From contig JAZQOV010000009.1 of NCBI GenBank assembly GCA_045628045.1, positions 1 through 49,788 on the forward strand: a DNA stretch of 49,788 nt, read 5' to 3'. This stretch comes from Bacilli bacterium (GTDB lineage Bacteria > Bacillota_I > Bacilli_A > RFN20 > CAG-826). Shown here piece after piece: positions 40,140-49,652 of the stretch (the first letter of the stretch is position 1; every line of letters begins with the position of its first letter). The notes below the pieces were generated by a model. That model searched no databases. It had not been told where the DNA came from and saw only the letters and a list, made by a program, of their open reading frames with translations. Made by a program: the position numbers and the translations under genes.

Positions 40140-40955
40140 ATGAAGAATAAACAGGTTCCTGATCAACTACCGTTTTCTAGAAGAAAACAGTTATCATTTT
40201 TAATACTAGACAATCCGTCATTATTGTTTTTTGTAAACTTTACAGCATTCTTTTTCTTAGTGCCTTTAGGTTTCGTTTTGTCTTGGTTAGCAATTAGTTT
40301 TAATTCAATAATCGCTGCTTCAGAAATTGAAGGCTTAACTGCTTTTTATAGAATTTTCTATCCTGCTCTTACACTAATACCATCATTAATTGTTGCTGGA
40401 ATTGGATTTAATGGAGTGTATGGAGTTATTCATGAACTTGTCACTAAAGACATTTCTAAATATGCTCATTTTTTCAGTTCAATTAAATCTAGTTGGAAAC
40501 AATTTGTTTGGTACTATGCAATATTAGGCATTCTAGTTTCGTTAGTAGTTATAAATTTTGCAGGTTATCTATATCTTGATATTGGTCCTTTCTTCAAATA
40601 TTTCACATTGGTTATTTCGATTGTGCTTACAATAATTTTTATATTTATTAAACCCTATGTTCTATTTCAAATTTGTATGTTTAATAACAATCTTCCACAA
40701 ATAATCAGAAATTCCATAGGCTTTGTTGGTAAACGCTTCTTATTTAGTTTACTAATGTTTTTAATAAGCAATGTTTTCTTTATTCTTGTAGTGGTTTTGC
40801 CTGGACAGGTTAGAGTTTTTGCCGTAGTAGTCATTGGACTATTCTGGATTATGTTCTCTTGCTTAACAAATTATCTCATTTGTATTGATACTCTCGAGAA
40901 GAAACTCTCGAGAGATCTAACAAACGACTTTTACCATAAAGGCTTAGAAGAGTAA
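40140..40955 (+). CDS. Integral membrane protein, YesL/DUF624-like ABC accessory
   Basis: About six TM helices; FFSSIKSSWKQ resembles the DUF624 FF..FK.NWKQ pattern; lies inside the sugar ABC cluster. Confidence 0.6.
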   Translation: MKNKQVPDQLPFSRRKQLSFLILDNPSLLFFVNFTAFFFLVPLGFVLSWLAISFNSIIAASEIEGLTAFYRIFYPALTLIPSLIVAGIGFNGVYGVIHELVTKDISKYAHFFSSIKSSWKQFVWYYAILGILVSLVVINFAGYLYLDIGPFFKYFTLVISIVLTIIFIFIKPYVLFQICMFNNNLPQIIRNSIGFVGKRFLFSLLMFLISNVFFILVVVLPGQVRVFAVVVIGLFWIMFSCLTNYLICIDTLEKKLSRDLTNDFYHKGLEE

Positions 40956-42614
40956 TTAAATGATTCCACAATCGTGTGCGACTTCTTTAATTACTTTTTT
41001 AATTTGTGACCATTTTGCGCTTATTTTATTAATTACAGCGTTATAATCAGTTGTTGTGTTTTTATCCTTGTTTGGAATAACAGCAATTGTATAAGTATTA
41101 AGTTCATCAGTAATATCTTTCATCATAGCAGCTGTTGTGCTTGGCCATCCTGTAACGTTTGTAAGTCTTGATGTAACAAGAGTATTTAACCTAACTGTTT
41201 CATCGAAATAGGAACGATATTGGAATGGAATAGAAGTATTATCTGGAATAAATTTAATTGAACCATCATCTTGCCATTCATAATATGTTTGGAAGTGATT
41301 ACCTAATTGATGCATGCCTGCAGGTTCATTTTCACCAGAAGCAGTTTCAATAACTTTAAATGTTTCGCTTGGTTCATTAAATCTATTTTCAATATTTGGA
41401 ATAAATGTTCCATTTTCTTCTGTGTAATGAACATTTTCTTTTCCTAAATGGAAAAGTTTAAGTCCTTCAGGAGAGTTTATGAAATCAAGGAATTTCATTG
41501 CAGCATGTGGATTTTCACATTCTCTACTAAGAGAGAAGCCTCCCCACCATCCTCCCCAGTCAGAGAATCCGCCACAGCCTTCTTTACCAACTGTTGCAGT
41601 TCCAATTGGAGCAGGTCCAACGCAACAACTTCCTTTTCCATGAATGTTTTCAACTCCTTTAACAACCCATTGAACGTGTGATTCGCCATTTGTAATAAGG
41701 ACACCAGATGTTCCTTTATAGAACTTATCACGGTCTAAATTGTTTGAGTTTGAAACGAATTGTTTATCAATGTATCCCTTATTGGTCATATCTTTTGCCC
41801 AGTTAAGGAAATTTACATACTCCGGTTGAAGGTATTGATAAATTGGTTCATTATTTTCGTCTAAATCATAATCTGTTGTACAACCAAAAGCATGGAATAA
41901 TGGTGAGAACCATGTTGCTTTATTTGCAGGAGATAAACCGCAAGTATCATTTTTGCCATTTCCATCAGGATCATTTAGTGTAAATTTCATTAATACATCT
42001 TGGAATTCATCCATGTTTGTTGGAACTTTAGGAACTTTCTTGCCATCAGAATCAAGTGTGTAATAGCCAATGTTAATTAGCCAATCTGAACGATAATATA
42101 TCGTCCAACCATTTTTCGAGGTAATATATGGCATGATTGTGTGCATTCCATCACCATTTGAATCTGCATATTGAATATTTTTATATTGTTCAGAATTAAG
42201 AAGCTTTTCCAAATATGGATATTCACCTGGTTTTTCAGCAATTAATTCTTCATAATCATAAAAATAATCTTGTTCAACCCAATCTGTATATGGATCACAT
42301 CCAGATGGAACAATAAAAACTAAATCGCCTGCGCTTCCAGTATTAATAATTGGATTTAATGTTGTGTAGTAATTGTCATTATGAGTTGCTCCAGTGACTT
42401 CAAGACTTACACCACATTTTTCTTCAATTTCTTTTAAAACTGAATCTTTTTGTCTACCTTCAAACATGTCGCCTTCATTAATCCAACAGGTTAATTTGTA
42501 TTTTCCTGTTTCATCATATTTACTTTCCTTATTCTTTGAAAACAAACATGATGATAATGAGGTTGCAGTTACAACAAGTAAACTAACGCCTAGTAATTTT
42601 TTGCTTTTTAACAT
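40956..42614 (-). CDS. Oligosaccharide ABC solute-binding lipoprotein (LplA-like)
   Basis: Lipobox LSSC; YRSDWL, PTNMDEF..VL..F...DPDGNGKND, NPHAAMKFLD. Confidence 0.88.
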   Translation of the reverse strand: MLKSKKLLGVSLLVVTATSLSSCLFSKNKESKYDETGKYKLTCWINEGDMFEGRQKDSVLKEIEEKCGVSLEVTGATHNDNYYTTLNPIINTGSAGDLVFIVPSGCDPYTDWVEQDYFYDYEELIAEKPGEYPYLEKLLNSEQYKNIQYADSNGDGMHTIMPYITSKNGWTIYYRSDWLINIGYYTLDSDGKKVPKVPTNMDEFQDVLMKFTLNDPDGNGKNDTCGLSPANKATWFSPLFHAFGCTTDYDLDENNEPIYQYLQPEYVNFLNWAKDMTNKGYIDKQFVSNSNNLDRDKFYKGTSGVLITNGESHVQWVVKGVENIHGKGSCCVGPAPIGTATVGKEGCGGFSDWGGWWGGFSLSRECENPHAAMKFLDFINSPEGLKLFHLGKENVHYTEENGTFIPNIENRFNEPSETFKVIETASGENEPAGMHQLGNHFQTYYEWQDDGSIKFIPDNTSIPFQYRSYFDETVRLNTLVTSRLTNVTGWPSTTAAMMKDITDELNTYTIAVIPNKDKNTTTDYNAVINKISAKWSQIKKVIKEVAHDCGII

Positions 42615-42630
42615 ATGTTAATTCTCCTTT

Positions 42631-43575
42631 TTATTTAATAACGGAATCTTCAATACCAAGGATTCCAAATATTAACCTAAATGCTTTTTCTGTATCAATC
42701 GTCTTAGCAGCTTTAATTCGATAATATTTATCTTGTTTTGGGGCCAATTTATCATCTTTCCTCACAAAACAAGTATTAAAATTTCCGGTTTTCTCAAGCA
42801 AAGCACATTCGATTTCTTCAAACTCACAAACATCAGAAAAAATTGATATTAATGTAAGTGGGTCATGCAAAGTCGGATTTCTAAGCGAGAAACTTCTCCA
42901 TAATTTAGTGGTTGAAATTAAATAATTGATGTATGAATTTTTATTTACTTTAGTAAATCTTTCATACATTTCATCTTCCATAAATGTTTTTCTTGTAACA
43001 TCAAGCCCGACATAATTTAAATCAAGACCACTCTCAAAAACGGCCCTTGTCGCTTCAACATCACATTCTATATTCCATTCAGAATAATAGCTATAAAATG
43101 AGCCGCCCATAAGATAAATATGAACATCCTTAAATGCTTCTTTATCTCTTAAAATAGCGGTACCAAGAGTACATTCCGGTGCAATTTCACAAATATATAA
43201 AGAGTCTTTGTATTTTTTTGCAGAGTCTATTAAAAATTTAACAGCTTCTTCTCCATCGGCTTTTTCAGTCATAGGATCATTTTCTTTATTCATTAAGAAA
43301 TCTTCATATTGCCAAAAAATGGTATCTGTAGGTCTATCATGATATCCTCTAATTGGCTTTCCAACACCAACATAAACAGGAATATCTTCTCTATTGGCAA
43401 GTTTTAAAACATGCTTAACCTGTCTTGCCCTTAATGGCGTATTCAAATAAGATGAGATTATACCGACAATATTTACATCTTTTGAGTTTAGCAAACAATA
43501 AATAGCAAATAAATCATCAATATCATCACCATTATCAGTGTCAAGAATAATATTTTTTATTTTCTTATCTTCCAT
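42631..43575 (-). CDS. Inosine-uridine nucleoside hydrolase-fold protein
   Basis: IILDTDNGDDIDD, MGG, EWNI..D.EA, GLDVT, LHDPL. Confidence 0.88.
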   Translation of the reverse strand: MEDKKIKNIILDTDNGDDIDDLFAIYCLLNSKDVNIVGIISSYLNTPLRARQVKHVLKLANREDIPVYVGVGKPIRGYHDRPTDTIFWQYEDFLMNKENDPMTEKADGEEAVKFLIDSAKKYKDSLYICEIAPECTLGTAILRDKEAFKDVHIYLMGGSFYSYYSEWNIECDVEATRAVFESGLDLNYVGLDVTRKTFMEDEMYERFTKVNKNSYINYLISTTKLWRSFSLRNPTLHDPLTLISIFSDVCEFEEIECALLEKTGNFNTCFVRKDDKLAPKQDKYYRIKAAKTIDTEKAFRLIFGILGIEDSVIK

Positions 43576-43578
43576 ATT

Positions 43579-44532
43579 TTATCCTTTCACAGAACCAAGT
43601 AATGTGCCTTTAACAAAGTATTTTTGAACGAATGGATATGCGATAATTATAGGCAAAATAGAAACAACTATTGCGGCCATTTTAATATTATCGCTTAACG
43701 CCATGAGTTTATCGTTCGTGCCCATGCCGCTTTCATTTGTGGCAGTCGCTAGGATTTCTTGCAAATATCTTTGAATCATCCATTTGCTTTCATCTCTAAC
43801 GTAAAGAACACTAGTCATCCAGTTATTCCACTTTCCAACAGCTTCCCATAGTGAGATGGTTGCAACGATTGGCCCTGATAACGGAAATACAATTTGCAAA
43901 AGTGTGCGAATTTCTCCCGCTCCATCAATCCTAGCAGATTCAAAGATTTCCTCAGGGATACCACTAACAAAGTTTCGAACAATAATAATATTATAAGGTG
44001 ATAACAAACCTGTAATTATATAAACAGTTACAGTGTCAAATAATTTTAAATCCTTAATCAAAATATAATAAGGAATAAGTCCGCCACTAAATAACATACA
44101 AAATAATATGTAAAAAATGAAAAACTTCTTGCCTGTTAATCCTCTCCTTGTAAGTGGATATGCAGTTAAAACTGTCAAAAATACTGAAATAGCAGTGTAA
44201 ATAATTACAACAACAATAGATAATAAGAAACTTTGATAGATTCCTGTGTCTTCCAAAATGGCTGCAAATGCATCAAAACCAAGTTTATTTCTAGGATGAT
44301 AAGGATCGCTTGTGTCAACAATGGTTAATGATTTTACTAAAACATAAATAAATGGATAAAGACAAATTACAAATAATAATGCAAAAATAGCGTAATTAAT
44401 AATATTAAAAACATTATCACGAATAGTTTTACCAAAATATTTCTCAGAAAAGACTCTGACTTTTGATTTAGGCCTTTTCTTTACTAATGGAGCCGAAAAA
44501 TCGGTAGATAATTCATTTTTTTCTTCTACCAT
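43579..44532 (-). CDS. Carbohydrate ABC permease (LplC/YtcP-like)
   Basis: AYPL, MLFSGGLIPYY, IPEEIFESARIDGA, YPFVQKYFVKG; start at MVEEK (44532) after GGAGG. Confidence 0.92.
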   Translation of the reverse strand: MVEEKNELSTDFSAPLVKKRPKSKVRVFSEKYFGKTIRDNVFNIINYAIFALLFVICLYPFIYVLVKSLTIVDTSDPYHPRNKLGFDAFAAILEDTGIYQSFLLSIVVVIIYTAISVFLTVLTAYPLTRRGLTGKKFFIFYILFCMLFSGGLIPYYILIKDLKLFDTVTVYIITGLLSPYNIIIVRNFVSGIPEEIFESARIDGAGEIRTLLQIVFPLSGPIVATISLWEAVGKWNNWMTSVLYVRDESKWMIQRYLQEILATATNESGMGTNDKLMALSDNIKMAAIVVSILPIIIAYPFVQKYFVKGTLLGSVKG

Positions 44533-45524
44533 ATTGAATCTCCTCCAATCCATTTAATAATCTTATTAGAAATAAGAACAAGAGCAAGAGAAATAGTTGA
44601 ATTAAATAAACCTAATGCAGTTGCCATATCGTATTTGCCATTCGTAATACCTTTTCTAAATAAATATGTTTCGATGATATCGCTTGTTTCATAAACAGTC
44701 GGGTTGTACAAATTGTATATTTGATCAAAACCAGCATGGACAAAGCCTGATGCAGTTAAAATTAAATTAATGCTAATTGCAGGAATAAGACCTGGCAAAG
44801 TTATGTGAAGCATTTTATTCCATCTACTAGCACCATCAATATCTGCTGCTTCATATAAATCTGGGTTAATGCCCGCTAAAGCAGCAAAATAAATAATTGT
44901 CCCCCAACCAGCAGATTTCCAAATATTAGTAAATATAAGTAACCACAAGAATAAATCTGGCGTATTAAAAAATAACGCTTCTTGTCCAAATATTTTCACC
45001 ATTAAATTCTGAAAAGAAGAATAAGATTGAGTTAGTGACTTCAAAATGCCCGAGATAATAACCCATGAAATAAAATGTGGTAAATATGAAACGATTTGAA
45101 ATGTCTTTGCATATCTTTTTGCAGGCATTTCATTTAATAATATAGTAAGAATTATAGGTACTGGAAATCCAATTAAAATACGTAAACTAGAAATTCTAAG
45201 TGTATTTTTGAACACTACTAAAAAGTCTGGATTTTCAAAAAGCTCTCTAAAGTTTTTGAATAAATCTAAATTTCCGTAACTATCAGTACACCAAGGTGAG
45301 CCCCATATTTGTCCAATTTTAGTCCATTTTTTAAACGCAAGTTGAATACCTGCCATTGGATAATAATTGAATATAAGGAAATAAATGAACATTGGAACAA
45401 GCATGAGATAAAGAGGCCAGTTACGTTTCATATAACTGACGAATTTTCCCCATCTTTGACCCCTTTTCGGGTTCATTGATTTTTCGGATAATTCAAACGT
45501 TAAAGTTGTTGTCGAACGTTCCAT
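44526..45524 (-). CDS. Carbohydrate ABC permease (LplB/YteP-like)
   Basis: YYPMAGIQLAFK, YLPHFISWV, LYEAADIDGASRW, ATALGLF. Confidence 0.92.
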   Translation of the reverse strand: MERSTTTLTFELSEKSMNPKRGQRWGKFVSYMKRNWPLYLMLVPMFIYFLIFNYYPMAGIQLAFKKWTKIGQIWGSPWCTDSYGNLDLFKNFRELFENPDFLVVFKNTLRISSLRILIGFPVPIILTILLNEMPAKRYAKTFQIVSYLPHFISWVIISGILKSLTQSYSSFQNLMVKIFGQEALFFNTPDLFLWLLIFTNIWKSAGWGTIIYFAALAGINPDLYEAADIDGASRWNKMLHITLPGLIPAISINLILTASGFVHAGFDQIYNLYNPTVYETSDIIETYLFRKGITNGKYDMATALGLFNSTISLALVLISNKIIKWIGGDSIW

Positions 45525-45537
45525 TATGCTAAACCTT

Positions 45538-48500
45538 CTAAATTTCTTTTTTCTTAAGTAAAATTAATGCAACACCCAAAAGTGAAATAGAAGCAATAAT
45601 CGAACTAGTAGCAACAATAGATCCTCCACATCCGAGTTTTGCTAATAAACCTTGAGATGATTCGCCACCATTATCGTTTGTATCTGGATTTAAGTCACAA
45701 AGTGCATCAATGTCTGCTTTAAAACGAGTCAAAGCAAGACTAACTTTCTTTTGTGAAGTTTCTTTATTTACATCTTCAACAAATTTAGAATATTTTTCTT
45801 CTGCTGCACTTTGATTGGCTTTGCTCATTAAGGATTTTTTGGAATCCATATAAGTTTTTCCTTCTGAAATAGCATTTGCCTTGGCATCTACTAAAGCTTG
45901 ATTCTCTTCAGCGATACTTAAAATACTTTCAATTCTTGTTTTTGCTTCATCAAATGCTTCATCAACTTCTTCTTTAGCAGTCATTTCTGCTGCTCTATCT
46001 TTAAATTTTGATAAAGCTTCTTGGATATAAGCCCAGTTAGTTCCTGTATAATCTTCTTCATTTTTTGCAGCAACCATTGCATCAAGTTCATCTGATTTTT
46101 GTTGAATATAAGTTTGTAACTCTTTTGCTTCTGTAAAATCAAAAGCTTTTGCTTCATCATATTCAGAAGCTTTAGCAATCAAATTAAAGTTATATTGGAT
46201 AACACCATAATTAGCACCAAGTGAAGTGTAATCAATAATGAATGTCTGACCGGCTTTTATATGAACATCATAATTGTAAAAAGTATCATCTTTTGAAGCG
46301 TGACCTTCTTTTAAAATTGGTTTTGTTTCATCAATCATTGCAAAACCATCAACATCTAGAGCATAAGATTTAAGAACAGTGTGAGTTGCCCAATCACTAA
46401 TCTCTTTTTCTGAAGTGTTGACTCTAACAATAGTTAAATGAGTATTTTTATTTGCTTTAATTGCAATAATAGCATCGTCATTTTTACCACATCTCATTTG
46501 CCATCTTTGCATACCAGCATTATTTTGACCTGCGTCACCATTATAAAGTGCATCATTAGCAGCTCCAACACCTTCTCCAGTATGAGTATTGAAAGGTTGA
46601 ATATCGTCAATTGAACCATGACCTAAAGTGATGTCTAATAATCCAGTTTCAAGAGTTTGATAATTATTTGCAATTGTTTGTGTTACTAAATCAGGATAAT
46701 GTCCTGTATAAGAATTAAAATCAAAAATTGCTGAATTACGAGCTTCTTCATCATAGTTTGCAGAATTAAAAGTAAAGGTTAAGGTTATTGCTAAATTAGC
46801 ATTTAAAGCTTGAGTTGTACCAAAAACATAATATGCAATATCTCCAGCTTTAAGATTATATATAATTTTTGCACCATCAGCTTCAATATGAGCCACCGTA
46901 TCTTTTTCTGCACTTGGTTGAATATTAAACTCAGCTATTTGGGCAGTTTTCGATCCAACATTTTGATAACCCCAAATATAATTGGTTGCACCATTTCTCC
47001 AACCAGTTGTAACAGGGTCTTTGTTTGTAGCAACTAATTGAGTATTTTTGGTTGCAACAAATTTGAAAATAACTTGACTATTGAGTGAATAACAAATTTT
47101 GCCTTGTATAATTCCGGCACCGCCAGTAGCGTCAAATTTATTATCGCCTTCGAACATAGAAGCGCTTTCTGGAAGCGGTTCTTCGCCAAGAACTTCACCA
47201 TCATCGTAAGTAATGTATTGGAAAGGGTGTTCATTTCCGACTTTACCTGTTAAAAGTGCAGCATCGGCGTCAGCAAGACTATATGAATCGCAACGTAATC
47301 TTGCAGATTCAATAAGCATAGTGTTTGAATCAATTTCTGTTAAATTAGAAAAATCATGACCGTTGTATTTAGGAAAATCATGTGGAACATCATCCCCGAG
47401 AGATTGTTTAAAAACCAAATTAGGAAGCAATTTTGTTGAAATAGTTTTATCTGCTGCACATTGATACTCAATGTAAAGCGTATCTCCAGCTTCTACATAA
47501 ATTCTCCCGGTCACCATTGCTCTATCAATTTGTTGTGAACAATTTGTTGTATAAATAGTTTTAGTCTTTCCGGTGCCGTCTTTCCTATAACCAGATAAGG
47601 TTAGGCCTTCAATTGATGACTCTTCAGTTTCATCAAGTCCCAAAGTAATAATACACGCCTCATTTGTTTTAATTTCAAGAGTGCACGCTTTGCCATTTTT
47701 AAGAACCAAACCATTAGTTGTTAGTTCATAATCGGAATCTTTTGATCCTAAATTTCCTGCCAAAGAGGAACTATAAGTTGATTTTGTAATGCTATCATTT
47801 TTAAAAGTGAATGACGCGAAATTATTTTCTGTTGAGGCGACGCCATTTCCTGAAGAAGCAACATCTTCAATAAGTTTTGTGGAACTTAGTTCATCTGCAG
47901 AAAGTTCAACATATTTCGATAAAGTAAATGTTGGGAAAGTCCATTGCATGTTTCTATATCCGCTAACAGAAGCAGGTGTTCTAAGCTCCCAAACAATCGT
48001 ATCACCAGAAGCCACAAAAGTTTTATTTAAGGCAATGTTTGATGAATAGTTTCCACTAACACATCTAGTAGAGGATACTGTTGAATATGAATTTTCCTCG
48101 GCACCTTTTTTATAAAAAGTAATATACATATCAGCAAGCCAACCACTAACGTTAGTGCTGTTCGCTGTAAAAAACATATCTTCTTTAGCAGTGAAATAAC
48201 AAATTAATCCATCGTTGTTTCTGCTAAACATTTGTATTCCTGTCGATTCATGAAAAACACAACAATCATCTGTATCTTTTACGTTATATTTAAATTCAGT
48301 TTCGCTAGTATAAGTTACATTTGTGAATTTATTTATTGCGCCTTCGCCAGCATTACCGTGTCTAATTCCGTAAGAATATTGACCAACAGATGAAGCAAGT
48401 TCAGTTGTTTCATTATTTTCGGAATATGCTTTTGCATAATCTGCAAGCAAATCCTTAAGTGAAATTGTTTCTGACCAAATTTCGCTTTCGCCTTTTGCTT

Positions 48501-48591
48501 GTTCAGTCTTGTGGGATATCCCATAAATAGCGCTTGCAGCTAGAAAACTAATTGCCAATGCCAGAGTAGATTTATACAAGTTATTTTTCAT
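45538..48591 (-). CDS. Large secreted/surface protein: four degenerate beta-rich repeats, helical stalk, C-terminal GCGG-TM-KKK anchor
   Basis: N-terminal signal peptide; recurring x(K/E/A)xG(D/Q)xhhh motif; FIVAR-like EEDYTGTNW; C-terminus GCGGSIVATSSIIASISLLGVALILLKKKEI. Confidence 0.75.
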   Translation of the reverse strand: MKNNLYKSTLALAISFLAASAIYGISHKTEQAKGESEIWSETISLKDLLADYAKAYSENNETTELASSVGQYSYGIRHGNAGEGAINKFTNVTYTSETEFKYNVKDTDDCCVFHESTGIQMFSRNNDGLICYFTAKEDMFFTANSTNVSGWLADMYITFYKKGAEENSYSTVSSTRCVSGNYSSNIALNKTFVASGDTIVWELRTPASVSGYRNMQWTFPTFTLSKYVELSADELSSTKLIEDVASSGNGVASTENNFASFTFKNDSITKSTYSSSLAGNLGSKDSDYELTTNGLVLKNGKACTLEIKTNEACIITLGLDETEESSIEGLTLSGYRKDGTGKTKTIYTTNCSQQIDRAMVTGRIYVEAGDTLYIEYQCAADKTISTKLLPNLVFKQSLGDDVPHDFPKYNGHDFSNLTEIDSNTMLIESARLRCDSYSLADADAALLTGKVGNEHPFQYITYDDGEVLGEEPLPESASMFEGDNKFDATGGAGIIQGKICYSLNSQVIFKFVATKNTQLVATNKDPVTTGWRNGATNYIWGYQNVGSKTAQIAEFNIQPSAEKDTVAHIEADGAKIIYNLKAGDIAYYVFGTTQALNANLAITLTFTFNSANYDEEARNSAIFDFNSYTGHYPDLVTQTIANNYQTLETGLLDITLGHGSIDDIQPFNTHTGEGVGAANDALYNGDAGQNNAGMQRWQMRCGKNDDAIIAIKANKNTHLTIVRVNTSEKEISDWATHTVLKSYALDVDGFAMIDETKPILKEGHASKDDTFYNYDVHIKAGQTFIIDYTSLGANYGVIQYNFNLIAKASEYDEAKAFDFTEAKELQTYIQQKSDELDAMVAAKNEEDYTGTNWAYIQEALSKFKDRAAEMTAKEEVDEAFDEAKTRIESILSIAEENQALVDAKANAISEGKTYMDSKKSLMSKANQSAAEEKYSKFVEDVNKETSQKKVSLALTRFKADIDALCDLNPDTNDNGGESSQGLLAKLGCGGSIVATSSIIASISLLGVALILLKKKEI

Positions 48592-48706
48592 GATGTGTTC
48601 TCCTCACTTATCTAAATTATACACATATACGTGTGAGGAATTAACTTTTTTTATAGATACACCCTTTTTTTGATATTAAAAAAATAAACATTAAAAAACC
48701 ACGTAC

Positions 48707-48722
48707 TTGAAAGCGCTTATCA
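48707..48722. promoter_or_regulatory. cre-like / LacI-family operator in the divergent promoter region
   Basis: TGAAAGCGCTTATCA has the palindromic core AAGCGCTT; 12/14 match to cre consensus TGWAANCGNTNWCA. Confidence 0.5.
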
Positions 48723-48779
48723 TTTTTTAACCATTACATGAAACAAAAAATAAATAAAGTGAAAAAAATTTTTCCAATA

Positions 48780-48788
48780 TGATAGAAT
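48780..48788 (+). promoter_or_regulatory. Extended -10 promoter of a probably leaderless AraC gene
   Basis: TG-a-TAGAAT 6 nt before ATG 48795; no Shine-Dalgarno. Confidence 0.55.
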
Positions 48789-48794
48789 AAAATT

Positions 48795-49610
48795 ATGCTT
48801 ATTACAGAAATTGTGAAACTAAAATCTGCAGTACACTACAGCGATTATTTTATTGATAATCATTTTCATGATTTATATGAGATTGTCTATTATATTCAAG
48901 GTCATGGCATAACCACTATTGATGGGGTTGATTATACATTTGGGCCCAACCAATTTTCTGTCATCTCTCCAAGGACTGTACATTCAGAGAGATCCGCCCA
49001 CGAAATTATTAAATTAACTTATGTAAGATTTAGTATAAATAAAAAAGATTTTATATTAAAAAGCGGAGTTTTTAATGATGGACCGAACAGTCCTGTTATG
49101 AAGCTTTTCGAAAGAATTGTTCTCGAAAAGAAACAAGGCCTTGATTCGTCTGACGATCTAGCCGATACGCTTATTTCGGAACTTGCAATTTTAATTTCAA
49201 GAATCCAAAAAATTAAAACCCCAAATAATTCTTTTGATAAATTTGCAGTAATAGAAACATATATTAAATGCAATATTAATAACAGAATAAATGGTAAAAC
49301 TATAGCCGATAAAATTAGCTATAATTATGATTATTTTCGAAAAATGTTCAAAGAACATTATGGTGTCTCAGTTAATAGTTACATTACTAGCTTAAAACTT
49401 GAGAATGCTTTAACACTACTTAAAAGTAAAAAATACACTATTAAAGAAGTATCAACAATAACCGGCTTTACTACGCCATCTCATTTCATTAATTTATTTA
49501 AATTAAAATATAAAATGACGCCATTAGAATATATGGAAAGCATCAACCTGATTAACATAAATAAGGACGATGCAAATTATAAAATTTACGGCAAAATTAA
49601 AAACAATTAA
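48795..49610 (+). CDS. AraC family transcriptional regulator (cupin plus AraC HTH)
   Basis: HFHDLYEIVY...H cupin; YFRKMFK..YG, EVS..TGF...SHF...FK.KY..TP.EY. Confidence 0.93.
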   Translation: MLITEIVKLKSAVHYSDYFIDNHFHDLYEIVYYIQGHGITTIDGVDYTFGPNQFSVISPRTVHSERSAHEIIKLTYVRFSINKKDFILKSGVFNDGPNSPVMKLFERIVLEKKQGLDSSDDLADTLISELAILISRIQKIKTPNNSFDKFAVIETYIKCNINNRINGKTIADKISYNYDYFRKMFKEHYGVSVNSYITSLKLENALTLLKSKKYTIKEVSTITGFTTPSHFINLFKLKYKMTPLEYMESINLININKDDANYKIYGKIKNN

Positions 49611-49652
49611 AAAAACACGTTATTATATAACATGTTTTTCATTTTATCTAAT

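Noticed and set aside
40890-40914. Doubled ACTCTCGAGA palindromic motif
   Set aside because: Only two short copies inside coding sequence; consistent with chance.
692-49273. Numerous 60-130 aa ORFs overlapping long genes on the same or opposite strand
   Set aside because: They are shadow frames of well-supported genes, with no motifs or RBS support; this includes 27385-27735, whose tail merely translates the repeat array.
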